A stretch of 64,000 bases of DNA, from assembly GCA_963728505.1 (NCBI GenBank), contig CAVSKH010000003.1, positions 513,352 to 577,351 on the forward strand, read 5' to 3'. The translations under genes and the position numbers were made by a program. Position 1 is the first letter of the stretch, and every line of letters begins with the position of its first letter. Below, one piece after another: positions 10,001-20,000 of the stretch. The notes beneath the pieces were generated by a model that saw only the letters and a program-made list of their open reading frames with translations, searched no databases and was not told the origin of the DNA. This DNA is from an uncultured Actinomycetota bacterium. Lineage in GTDB: Bacteria > Actinomycetota > Actinomycetes > Propionibacteriales > Nocardioidaceae.

Positions 10001-11048
10001 GGAGCCCGTCGACCGGAACGCCGAGCACGCTGCCGTGGAGCAAGGTGTCGTAGCGGGGCAGCGAGTCGCCGATCACCACCGAGGCCGCCTGCGAGACCGG
10101 GTAGGAGCCCTTGAACGAGGTGGAGTCCAAGGCGCCCGAGATCCGGCGCCCGTCGGAGCCGAGGATCTTGGTCGTCGGCTCGTCGTCGGGGGCATCGAGG
10201 CCGAGACCCTCCTTCAGCCGACCGATGCGGGGGTCGACAGCCGTCAGCACGGACTCGTCGCCGTCGTGGTCGACCGTCCAGCGCAACCCCGCCAGCACCT
10301 CGTCCAGGTGCTCGGGACCCCGCGCCGCGGCCAGCGGGTCGTGGGCCTGCTCGCGCCACCAGCCGGCGACGGTGTAGGTCGCCTGGCTCTCCTCCCAGCC
10401 GTCGGGGGCGTCCTGCGCGAGCGCCTCCAGGTCGTCCAGCGGGTCATGGAACCCGAACCGCCCGGCGCTCGCGGCGTACGACGCGGTCCAGATCAGCCCG
10501 TCGGAGGCGCCGGTCAGCGGGTCGAAGCGTGGGATGTCCGGGTCTGGCTGGTCGGGGAAGGTCCCGGTGAACTCGGCCAGTGGGACGACCACCGCGGTGC
10601 GTGCGTCGACCACCCAGCCGGTGGCCTGCACGCGGCTGCGCCCGATCGGCTGCAGGGTGCGGACCACGACCCAGGTGTCCGGCAGCCGGGGCATGCCCAA
10701 GGTCTCGGTGGCCGCGACGTGTCCGCCTGCGAGCAGCGCGTCCGGCATCGCCCAGTGCAGGTGCACTCCCGGGGACATCGGGGTGTGCTCGGCGAACGGC
10801 GCCGGGTCGAGCTGACGGCCGGTGAGAGGCACGACGGCCACAGGGTCGGCGGCGGTCGAGACCAGGGCTTGGACGTCGACGGGCACCAGGATCCGTCGCC
10901 GGCGCGACAGCCCGCGGTCCCAGGTGCCCACCACCGTGCGGTCCACGCCGATCTTGCCCAGCACCTCGAAGCGAGGGGTGGCCAGCGCCTGCTCGATCAG
11001 CTTCGTGCTGAGCGAGGACGAGAACAGGTCGTCGAGCGGAGGTGTCAT
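7059..11048 (-). CDS. hypothetical protein, 1329 aa (giant operon gene 5)
   Basis: This is the lower part of track ORF 7059..12185. The real start is the ATG at 11048 (MTPPLDDLF...), which overlaps the upstream stop (ATGA at 11045-11048). Protein-like composition. Distinctive motifs: HLHWAMPDAL, TWRQPWVPLWVEWQV, NPVAGFLLPDHID. Pro-rich linker QQDPPPKPPPPTPQ at about 9421-9460. Confidence 0.75.
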   Translation of the reverse strand: MTPPLDDLFSSSLSTKLIEQALATPRFEVLGKIGVDRTVVGTWDRGLSRRRRILVPVDVQALVSTAADPVAVVPLTGRQLDPAPFAEHTPMSPGVHLHWAMPDALLAGGHVAATETLGMPRLPDTWVVVRTLQPIGRSRVQATGWVVDARTAVVVPLAEFTGTFPDQPDPDIPRFDPLTGASDGLIWTASYAASAGRFGFHDPLDDLEALAQDAPDGWEESQATYTVAGWWREQAHDPLAAARGPEHLDEVLAGLRWTVDHDGDESVLTAVDPRIGRLKEGLGLDAPDDEPTTKILGSDGRRISGALDSTSFKGSYPVSQAASVVIGDSLPRYDTLLHGSVLGVPVDGLLPAADDAPRPDQLSVALGSDLDDVVAAFGAAVLHEGDDERRAAVEDVVAAMAAGLVNRLGSSDGLDDLGRREHDSGFWALPGTPVPGARPDRLRAEDTLAAGPMTVGRKGRAPINAALRATTQAADAGRDRTVRAKTLGFGSTVAWKQTFDLEDIRTARTKGKGGAATGADPGTARPRGRQQDPPPKPPPPTPQVREVERPAPRYHRPAPFILAVRGAHPSHRHHGDGLYDDNGLLACRYPGAAVPAYDGVVDGATVLPGLGSGAVPDEVTTVVREAVLLNPYGHRWLAAASTPPSGAQGAVASRLAAEVVRLYGVDGTFDGSAHVHFATNDANTRDAAPSTSSWSGHTVHEVAGKAQVAAEIARFSIVRGTPPSPVAHTTWRQPWVPLWVEWQVTLQGEATTSGWRVDGFDLSPDDPAAAGGGSVTTTLTGRSPLGPGLADSLHATLSDWVGSELQRQATAARSSFGDATVLQRLAELGAPLDLVSASLDGIREQLLGIDFVGVVERDPGGKPVASGVPTPLFGGTLRLDALRLVDAYGRTVSAPDPVLDDLQSTVELEVDGGARMVRMRPRFQGSARWLWRLVDASAPSGSTPDSLGEAYVDQLDPASATNPVAGFLLPDHIDETLEVFGIDGEPIGELGHDPVTGAVSWEPAPGRPLPPDASPPDGVPDRSRLVAEIAAALVRADASARAGEAGPPPSASALAVMLRAVDSTLWSVDTFGALGSGTVAGLVGRPLAVVRTTLCLDVPDDVDELEVTAPGGEQARRAAFDALGDQLVEVNLGTLARSDDALVGWFVGDDFEHLHIVDAALAEHARESGRQVAQLGLLGTAEQQGLPGESPLDHPYVVTQGRLFVRPRRPVTLTLLMLPAGRAHVTSGVLPRKDLALADSWVTPGLAKVMPSVRVGPVLVDPAEIRLPLVGLLGDKQSFTRRTGELTWRDDPILAATQTAYLPRLPHQAQEGWIRVSPTPDPETEGPAS

Positions 11049-12028
11049 GACCGCTCCTGGTTGAACACGCGGTCGACCATCGTGGAGTAGCGCACGGTGG
11101 GCTTGAAGACCTTGCTCAGGTCCAGCGACTCGGGGTCGCCCCAGACCTGCCGGTAGGGGAAGCGCACCAGCTGCAGGGCGTACTCGGCGCTGTTCATCCC
11201 CTCCTCGTCGTCGGCCCCGCTCCCCGCGATGGGTTGCAGCAAACGCTCGAGCTGCTTGATGTCGACCACGCCACTGGCACCCACCCGGAAGGGCACGTCC
11301 ACCGGGTCGTGGGACAGGTCGTCGAACGTCGCGGCGTTGCGGGGTTGCAGGGTGGCGGTCACCTGCCCGCCGGCGGTGGTGCGTTCGTCGAAGCCGAACT
11401 GCACGCCCTGCCGCGGCTCCTCGATGTGCACCACCTCGGGGATCCCGTCGAAGAGGCAGAGCAGCACCGCCGGGGCCAGCCGTTCCAGGCGGAGCAGAGC
11501 GATCCGCTCGGCGTCGTCCTCGTCGTACTGCGCGTCGTCGGACTCGGTGGGGTCGACGTCGAAGGCGCGCACGTGCAGGGCCGGCCAGCCGGAGACCGCC
11601 TTGGACCGCAGCAGGAAGCCGCTGACCGCACCGCCCCCACCGCTCACCCGAGGCCGCCCGGGGCGCCGTCGCTGGTTGCGCTCCTCGGTGTCCAGCTCGT
11701 CGCGGATCGCGGGATACTTCGCGGCGAGGTGGGCGCGGTCGTCGCTGTTGGCCGTGCCGACCGACAGCGCTCCCTGGACCACCGCGTCTGTCCAGCGCCG
11801 GTCGAGGTAGAACCAGCGGATCGACTCCTCCGGCAGCAGCAGGGTGTCGGGCACCAGGTAGGCGAACGGCACCTCCTGGAGGAGCCGCAGCTGGAGCAGC
11901 CAGGTCCGCAGCTCGGCGGGGATCACCCCGTCGCGATCCTCGTCGAGCACGGGCTGAGCCGCGGGACCCTCGAGGACCAGCCTGGTGCCGATCGTGTCGA
12001 GGATCGCCCGGGTGTCGAAGGTGATCAC
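11045..12028 (-). CDS. hypothetical protein, 327 aa (giant operon gene 4)
   Basis: GTG start overlaps the upstream stop (GTGA at 12025-12028). Motifs: LQEVPFAYLVPD, ESIRWFYLDRRW, VSGWPALHVRAF, IEEPRQGVQFGF. No family recognised. Confidence 0.7.
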   Translation of the reverse strand: MITFDTRAILDTIGTRLVLEGPAAQPVLDEDRDGVIPAELRTWLLQLRLLQEVPFAYLVPDTLLLPEESIRWFYLDRRWTDAVVQGALSVGTANSDDRAHLAAKYPAIRDELDTEERNQRRRPGRPRVSGGGGAVSGFLLRSKAVSGWPALHVRAFDVDPTESDDAQYDEDDAERIALLRLERLAPAVLLCLFDGIPEVVHIEEPRQGVQFGFDERTTAGGQVTATLQPRNAATFDDLSHDPVDVPFRVGASGVVDIKQLERLLQPIAGSGADDEEGMNSAEYALQLVRFPYRQVWGDPESLDLSKVFKPTVRYSTMVDRVFNQERS

Positions 12029-14028
12029 TGTCCGCCTCCTCCGGGGCCGTGGCGACGCAGGACCGCGTCCCTGACGATGCCTTCCAGCTGCGGGTCGTCG
12101 GCCAGCGCGCCGTAGGCCACGCGCTCGAAGCTGCCGACGAGGCGAGGCTGGAGGACTCCGTTGAGCAGGCCGGCGTCGAAGGCACGCGCCGGCTGGGGGA
12201 CCCGCACCGTGGTGTCCTGCAGCGAGGTCAGCACGCCGGACGCGGTGCCGGCCAGCGTGTCTTCCTTCACGCCCAGACCGGCGGCGAGCACAGCATTGAC
12301 TGCTGCTCCGCCGGCACCTGCCAGGTCTGCGACGCGAACCTCACGGCCGGGTCTGACCAACGGCGCCGGGTCGCCCAGGAAGTGCTCGGGTCGGGCCACG
12401 ATCGCCTCGGCCAGGATGCCCCCGAGCCTTCCGCCCAGGTCACGCTCGACCTGCAGGTCGTGCACCCCGAGCTCGGCGAGGATCGACCCCTGCGCGGCCA
12501 GGGCACCGGCCCGCTGGGCTGCCTGGTAGCCGAGCTGGCGCCAGCGCAGCAGCGAGGCGATGGTGGACGGGCGCGAGAGCGCCAGCAACCGGCCGATCTC
12601 GAACGCCCCTGCCAGCGAGATGTCCTCGCGCCCGTCCGGCACCACGACCCGCACCTGGTCGGCGGTGTGCGCCAGTGGGAGCCGACCCTCCGGCGGGTCC
12701 GCGGTCGGGTGCGGCACCAGCGGCCCGCGGTACCACGACCGCACCGGGTCGCCGCGCCGCGTGGTGTGGGCGAGCCCGACATGCCCCGTCTCGACGGACT
12801 CGAAGGGCGGACGACCCACGACCTCCTCCGCGCGTTGACCCTGCGGGGTGCCGAGAAGCCCGGAGTCCAGCTGCTCCATCAGTCGGCGGAAGGTCATCTG
12901 CCCGGTCGAGGTGAATCCCCAGTGCAGGAGCACGGGGAAGACCAGCGTGCGGTCGAGCTGGATGAAGTTGCCGCCGAGGAAGCCCGAGACCGCGGCGTTC
13001 CGGAACGGCTCGGCCATCGCGGTGTAGACCGCGGCCACCGACTCCGTCGCGGCGCCGGCGACCTGCTTGCTCCAGCCGGCCTTCGCCGAGTACGGCGTGG
13101 CGAGCCCGTCGCCGAGCGCAGTCGGGGTCGCGGTGGGTCTGGCGGGACCGGTGCCGGCAGGGGCGCTGGCGGGGGCACCGGCAGCGACCGGGCCGGCGAG
13201 GCTCCCCCCGGGGGCCTTGGTGTAACCGGCCGAGCCCATCGAGGCGTGGTCGTAGTCGGCCAGCGTGGCAAGCACGGTGTCGGTGACCGAGAACGGCAGT
13301 CGGGTACGCGTGACCGGCGTCGGCGCCTTCTCCAGGAGCTGGTCGAACTGCTCGGAGAGGTTGACCAGGCAGGCGAGGTACTTCACCGGGACCTCGTTGC
13401 CGTCGGCATCGCGACCGGGCAGGGGCAGCCGGTTGCCGATGACCACGGCGAGGTAGCCGTCGTCGTCGCCCATCATCAGCTCGGTGTCGGCGATGTCGAC
13501 CTCGCGAGCGTGGGCGAGCAGCTTGACCTCCTCCCGGGTGGGGAAGACGCGGTCGACGACCGACTTGCGGATCGCCAGGGCGTTGCCGAGCTCCACGTCG
13601 GCGGGCGTGTCGAGCACGACACCGGAGGTGACGCAGTCGGCGACGGGCTGGTTGAGCCGCATCTCCGCCTCGCCCTCGGCGATCAGCACCAGCGCCAGCC
13701 AGGGCTGGTCCTCGTGCCCCTCCTGGACGGTGCGCTCCCACGGCAGGGTCCGCCGTCGGATCACCACCTGTGGCAGCCGGGAGCCGTAGGCGCCCTCACT
13801 GCCCGCGGGTGGGAACGTGGAGAGCACCTGGTCCGGGGGGAGCTGGTACTGCGGCGACCGCACCCGCACGTGGGTCTGGAGCGGGTCGACCCGCAGGTCG
13901 TCGGAGTCGAGGGTCTCGCTGGGTCGGCTCGCGCTCAGCTCCTGGCTGCTGGTCAGCCGGTAGTCGCCGGCGGTCAAGGGCGGGGTGATCCTGGGGTAGA
14001 TCCGGAACGTCCCCTCGGGCACGACCAT
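12025..14028 (-). CDS. hypothetical protein, 667 aa (giant operon gene 3)
   Basis: This is the lower part of track ORF 12025..14184. The ATG at 14028 (MVVPEGTFRIY...) shares one base with the TGA of the giant gene (TGATG at 14026-14030). Motif PWLALVLIAEGE. Ala/Pro/Gly linker at about 13130-13230. No family recognised. Confidence 0.7.
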   Translation of the reverse strand: MVVPEGTFRIYPRITPPLTAGDYRLTSSQELSASRPSETLDSDDLRVDPLQTHVRVRSPQYQLPPDQVLSTFPPAGSEGAYGSRLPQVVIRRRTLPWERTVQEGHEDQPWLALVLIAEGEAEMRLNQPVADCVTSGVVLDTPADVELGNALAIRKSVVDRVFPTREEVKLLAHAREVDIADTELMMGDDDGYLAVVIGNRLPLPGRDADGNEVPVKYLACLVNLSEQFDQLLEKAPTPVTRTRLPFSVTDTVLATLADYDHASMGSAGYTKAPGGSLAGPVAAGAPASAPAGTGPARPTATPTALGDGLATPYSAKAGWSKQVAGAATESVAAVYTAMAEPFRNAAVSGFLGGNFIQLDRTLVFPVLLHWGFTSTGQMTFRRLMEQLDSGLLGTPQGQRAEEVVGRPPFESVETGHVGLAHTTRRGDPVRSWYRGPLVPHPTADPPEGRLPLAHTADQVRVVVPDGREDISLAGAFEIGRLLALSRPSTIASLLRWRQLGYQAAQRAGALAAQGSILAELGVHDLQVERDLGGRLGGILAEAIVARPEHFLGDPAPLVRPGREVRVADLAGAGGAAVNAVLAAGLGVKEDTLAGTASGVLTSLQDTTVRVPQPARAFDAGLLNGVLQPRLVGSFERVAYGALADDPQLEGIVRDAVLRRHGPGGGGQ

Positions 14029-17000
14029 CAGCGTCTCCTTCCCCGTCGCCACCGCAGGCTGCACCCCGTGCCGCTCGGGGCGGCGAGCAGCCGGGCGGTG
14101 GTGGCCGGCACCCCGTGCCGGCTGATCCTGTCGGCGGTGTCCTGGACCGTCTCGGTGCCGGCCAGGACGCCGGTGACCTGCCACGTCGAGCCGGTCGCCA
14201 CCCGCACCGCCAGCGTGGCCACCCCCGGCAGTGAGTCCGGTCCACCGGGCTGGCCGGGGGGCACGGCCTCCACGGCGTAGACGGCGGCCACCTGGGTGCC
14301 GTTGACCACGAGCACGGGCTCCGCCGGCCGGCCGGCGGCGTCACGGGCGCGGACCGCCCCGAGCAGCGCCAACCCCATCTCGTCGACGTGCTCGGGGTCG
14401 GCCGACTCGACCACGACCACGAGGCTGCGGGGCGGCGCGTCGGCGCCGAAGCCGCTGAACGAGGTCAGCACCGTGTCGGCGCCGCGCACCGCCTCACCTG
14501 CCTGGCACCAGGTCACCGTGGGGGCGGCACCGGCGTTGTCGAGTGTGAGCACGCACCCGGCGGCCAGCGCGGTGCCGGAACCGAGCGAGACCACCTGGGA
14601 GCGCGAGTGCCATCCGGCCACGCCCTCGTCGGGGACGACGACGCCACCGGCCTGGGCGACGAGGTACGCCGTGCCCGGCTCCACCGGCGCGGTTCCGGTC
14701 TGCACCCGGTCGGCCAGCACGACGCCGTCACCGCGGATCGTGGTCACTCGCGCGGACCCGCCCGCGATCTCGAGCCGAGGTCGTCGCGAGGCCGCGGTGT
14801 CGACGTCGGTCTTGTGGTCGGGCGCGTGCAGCGCGACCACGTCACCGGGCCGCAACGGGGTCGCCGTGGTCGTCGTGCCGGCGGCGCGACCGGTCGACGC
14901 CGCACCCCCGAACCCGGTGATCCCCGCGACGGCCGTGGCCGCGGGTCCGACGCCGAGGGCGAAGGAGCGCACCGTGCCACCGACGCCGGTGCGCGGCAGC
15001 ACCGCAGGGGTGACGGTCCTGGCGACCTTGGCTCCCGGCGGCACCGACACGTCGAGCTGGGTCGGCAGGTAGCGGCCCAGGCGCGCCATCACCGACTCCG
15101 AGGTCGGCGCCGGGCGGCGCGGCAGCCTCGCCTCGCTCACCGTGGTGCCCGCCCTGCGTGCAGCCACGTCGGCGCCGGAGGCGAGGAAGCCGACCACCCT
15201 GGGGTCCCGCTGCGCCCGCGGGGTCGGGGACTCCGGAGCGGCCATCTCCTCGCGTGTGACGTTGCCCGCGTGGCCGGCCGCCAACCCGTCGGCGAGCGTG
15301 CCGAACATCGGCGGCGCCGACACCTGTCCGGCGTACGACGCCCGGTCGAGGTTGCTGCGTCGGCCGTTGCTCTGGGGGCCGCCGGTGACCAGGAGCGGTG
15401 GGCTGGCGAAGAGCACCCGGCGGGCCTGGTCGATGGCTCCGGCGGTCGTCGTCGGGTGGGGGACGCCGACGCCGGCGGAGCGCACCAGGATCGTCTCGCG
15501 GGGGTCCATCTCGGCCTGGAGCGGCAGCGGGCGTCGCCCCTTGCCGATGTCGACGGTGTAGTAGCTGACGGTGGGGCCGGCCGTCGGGAGGTGCGGCTCG
15601 GCGACGAGGGTGACCTGGTTGCCGGTGGTGAGGACGTCTCCTGAGGGCAGCGCCGGCGCCGGCGTGTCGGGCGGGTCCGGCACCCCCCAGACCCCGAGCG
15701 GGAAGGACCCGCGGCCGAGCCGGCTGCCCTCGGGGCGCTGCCCCGGCCCGGTGAGGTTGGCGGCGAGCTCGGCCAGGTCCTCGGCGTCGTCGGTCCACTC
15801 CCCCTCGTCCTGGTCGAACCGTTCCAGGCGCAGCACCAGCCGCGAGGCCAGCCCACCGGCGCCCATGGGGTTCAGGCCCAGGTCGGTGCCGGCTCCGTCG
15901 GGCAGGGTCACCGGCGTCACCACGTCGGCGGGGAGCCCGACGGCGAACTTCTTGGTGGGCAGCGAGGTGGTCACGGTCAGCTCGAACTCGGCGTACACCT
16001 CGAACGGGCGCTCCACCGTGCCGTCGGGCGGGGGCGCGGAGCGTTCGCCGCCGGTGGCGCTGGGCAGGCTGCCGCGACCGGACATGGCGGTGATGGCACG
16101 GGCGACACCGTCGCCGGCGCTCTCCAGGTACTTCTCGACGAATCCGGGCCAGTCCTGCTGGATGCCCGGGCGCTCGGCCCCGCTGCCGAAGGGCACGGTG
16201 ACCGAGCACGGGCCGACCTCGACGGTGGCCTCACCGGAGAAGTCCGGGCCCCAGACGTGCACGCCGCAACCGGTGGTGATCGAGAAGCTGATGGTGCCCA
16301 ACCAGGTGTCGATCTCCACACCGGCGGAGATGGATGCGCGCACCTCGACGTCGAACCAGAAGGGGTCGAAGTAGACCAGCCCGTCGGCGCCGAAGCTGGC
16401 GCGCACCCAGGCCCAGCCGAAGTCGGCGACCGCCTCGACCCCGACCCCGGCCATGAGTGCCTCGGAGGTGAGCGCGAAGTAGGACCCACCTTTGATCGAG
16501 ATCTGCGGGGAGACCTGCCAGGACAGGCCGACCCGGGGCACCTCGGGGTAGCCCTCGCGGTGGAAGTCGGGGTGGTAGCCGCCGATGGTGAGCACGAACT
16601 GGCCGGACAACGGCCCCTTCCACCACACCATGAACGCGAAGCCCCCGGTGAGCCTGACGTCCTCGTAGAGCAGCCAGGAGTTGTCGGTCAGCGCGGCCCG
16701 GATCATGAACACGCCCTCGGAGGTGGAGAACCTCGCGAGCAGACCCAGCTCGATCGACACCAGGGGGGCGGCGGGGCTGGGCAGCGCCATCCGCGCCAGC
16801 CCCATCAGGTTGATCTCCAGCCCGTTGCCGAACGAGACCGCGATCACCGCGATGCCGTCGACCAGGGAGAAACAGGTGAAGCTGATCCCGCCGGCGAACC
16901 AGAAGGTGCCACGCTCGGGCCCGAAGTACTCGTTGAGGTCGCGCAACGCCTGCATCGGCTCGGGAATGCTGGCGTAGGGGTCGAGGGCGTAGATGAACGG

Positions 17001-20000
17001 GTAGGAGGGGAGCTCCGCCGGGTCGGAGGGGACCACCAGTCGCCGGTTGATGCCGAGTCCGCCGCCGATGCCGGTGACGAAGAACGCCGGTGGTCCACCG
17101 ATCGGGCCGTTGAAGGCGCCGAACACGAAGAACGACGGGGTGCCGGCGTCGTCGGTGTAGCCCCCGAAGACCGAGAGCCCGTAGATGCCGAAGCGGCCCA
17201 GCAGCATCCCCACGTACGAGGTGACGTCGCGGTCACCGATCCGGTCGACGCTCTTGAGCATCCCCCCGGCCAGCGAGACCCCGGAGAGGTCGGCGGAGAC
17301 CGCGAAGCCGTTGAGGTCGACCGCCCACTGGCCGATGTCGAAGAAGTCACCCCCCAGCCAGGTCAGCGACAGCTGGTCGACCGCGGCGGTCAGCCCGAAG
17401 AGCTCGACCCGGCCGTCGAAGAGCAGGGTGACGCTGCTGACCGTTCCCTCGACCTCGGTGGCGTTGAAACCGATCTGCTCCAGGTAGAGCGGGCCGAGCT
17501 GGCGCTGGATGACCAGCCACCAGGGGCCGGGTGGAGGCCCGGCGCGGACGGTGAAGGAGACGTCCTCGTCGCCCGGGTGCTTCTGCACGGCGAGGGCAGG
17601 GCTGAAGGCAGGACGTGCCGAGGGCGAGGACTCCCCCGCGTCGGCCAGGATCGAGCTGGCGACCGGGTTGGTGCCCGCCCCGCCGTTGGGGGCGAACGAC
17701 AGACCGGTCAGCTCCAGCTGGGCGCCGCCGCCGACGCCCGCACTGACTGCCTCGGCGTAGACCCGGAAGGCGATGCCGTCGAGACTGACCGCGCCCAGGT
17801 CGAGCAGGGGCCCGGTGGTGTTGGTGAACCGCAGGCCCACCCCGGCCACCGTCACGCCGGGCTCGAAGCTGAAGGCATAGGTGTCGGGTGACCCGGGGGT
17901 GCGTACGCCGCGCACGGCGTACACCGTCAACCCGGGGGTGACCTCCGGGACGAGCCAGGTGGCGTCGACGTCCAGCTCGACCTTCACCTCTCCGTCGGCG
18001 ACGGTGTAGCGCCCGTCACCGGCCAGCGTCAGGCTGAGGCCGAGCTGCTTGTCGTCGGCGCCCCCGGTCGCCGCCAACGACAGCCTGATCGGGTCGAGCG
18101 TCAGCGACAGCGGGTCGGTGTCGGTCGCGACGTTCCACAACAGCCGTTCCAACCGGTGCAGCAGCGCCTCGGGATCGAGCAGGTCGAGGGCGAAGGTCGG
18201 GTCCACGGCGAGGTCGGTGGCGACCGCGCTCTCGGTGAGCACGACACCCCGCAGCATCCGGGCGGCCCGCGCTCCCAGCAGGTCGTCCAGGGCGTCGACC
18301 AGGATGCCGCCGGCCAGCCCCACCGCGAGCGAGAGCAGCCAAGCCGGGGCCAGGTCCTCGTCCACGTCGTCGGCTCCCCCCGGGGTCGTCGCCTGGATGA
18401 CCGCGCCCAGGACCGGTGGCTGGGCGTCCAACGACCAGCGCAGCTGCACCGAACGATCGCCCGAGTCCTCCAGTGCCAGGCCGATGCCGATCATGCGGTC
18501 GCCGGGTTCCCGACTGCCGGCACGGGCCTCCACCATCGGACGCAGCGTGACCGGCCCGGCAGCGACCGGGAAGGGACCCAGCCGAGCGGCGACCGCGACA
18601 CCGGAGGGCGAGAGCTCCAGGGCTTCGAGCACCACCCGACCCACGTCGGGGATCTCCCAGTCCGCGGTGAGGACGACCACGGGAAGGGTGCCTGTGGTGT
18701 CGAGGGTGAGGGTGACCGCCTCGCTGCCGTCCGGCGCGACGGCCCCGAAGCCGAACGTGGTGAAACCCGTGCCCGGGGTGGCGCGAACCAGGCTGCCCCC
18801 GGGGTCGAGGGCCCGAGCCAGTGCGGTGGCCGCCGTGCCTGCCAGCCCCGGGAGCCGGCTCAGCAGCACACCGGCCGGGTCCTGGGCGAAAGCGCGGATC
18901 GCCGCCTCGTCGAAGCTCCCACCCTGCCGCAGCAGCAGGGCATCGCCGAGGTCGCTCACCAGCTGCCCGACGTCTCGCCGCAGACCGGTGCCCGCACCCA
19001 GATCAGCCACCTCGTCGAGGACCAAGGGGATCAGCAGTCCCGCAGCGGTGTCGGCGAGGTCGGCGATGCCCGGCCCGTCGGGGTAGAGCGACAGCGGCGG
19101 TGAGCCGTCGCGCAGCAGGTCGACCCGCAGGTCGGGGTCGACCCGCACCCTCAGACCCGGCCCCTCGACCGAGACCTCCGCGGAGACGTGTGGCGAGGGT
19201 GGCAGGCCCAGGGCCAGCACCACCCCGGCGGACAGGCTGGTGGTCACGGTGCGGGCCGCGCTGCCGGCGCCGACCTGCTCCTCCAGCTCGGCGGTCAGCG
19301 CGAGCCGCAGCCGGCCGGCGTCGTCGGCGTAGTCGACGCGCAACCCGTCGACCAGCGGCAGACCAGGGTCGGTGCCGCGGTCGGGGGCGACCAGCGGCGC
19401 GACCGCGTCGAGCAGCGCGACCCCTGCCGGACCGAGAGCCAGGTCCTCACTGCGGACCAGCCCGGCGAACCATCCGGCCGGGTCGGTGACGAGCCCGACC
19501 GGCAGCGCGAAGCGTCGTACGCCCTCACTCGTGGCCGGCAACAGGCCGAGCACCGCGAAGAGCTGCTCCAGCAGCGACCGGCCCTCGGCGGAGGCGAGCT
19601 CCAGGGCGGTCAGCGCCAGCGTCTTCACGCCCAGAGCGGGAAGCAGGACCAGGGCGAGCTCCTCGATCGCGTCCTGGTCGGGCGCGGGCCACACGGGGAC
19701 CGGGCGCACCACGCCCCCGGGCGCCGCCCACTCCAGCGCCACCCTCGGACCGGAGCCGGCGCCGGCCTCGACCACTGCTCGGAACCCGCCGAGGGCAGGG
19801 TCGAGGGCGCCCAGGGTGAGACGTCCGACGGCCTGCTCCGCTCCCGCGACGACACTGAGGTCGAGGGCGGCGAGGTCCACCCCGGCCTCGAGGTGCAACG
19901 ACGCGACGAGCTCCCCGGTCGCGAGGTCGAGGCCGATCGTGCCGGGTCCGACCGTCCAGGCCAGCGCGCTTCCGGTGCCCCCCGCTGCCGGAACGAGCGC

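Noticed and set aside
11049-12185. Upper part of track ORF 7059..12185 (1708 aa)
   Set aside because: It is an out-of-frame shadow over the 327-aa gene (R/G/P-rich). The internal ATG at 11048 forms an ATGA junction with the upstream stop.
14029-14184. Upper part of track ORF 12025..14184
   Set aside because: It overlaps the 3' end of the giant ORF and is Arg/His/Pro/Gly-rich. The ATG at 14028 abuts the giant gene's stop.
3742-14280. Very long plus-strand ORFs (3742..7464 at 1240 aa, 7128..11090 at 1320 aa, 12049..14280 at 743 aa) and many shorter ones across 14-24 kb
   Set aside because: Their translations are dominated by Arg/Gly/Pro/His/Asp runs typical of antisense shadow frames in high-GC DNA. 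They fully overlap minus-strand ORFs that have normal composition, motif content and coupled start/stop junctions.
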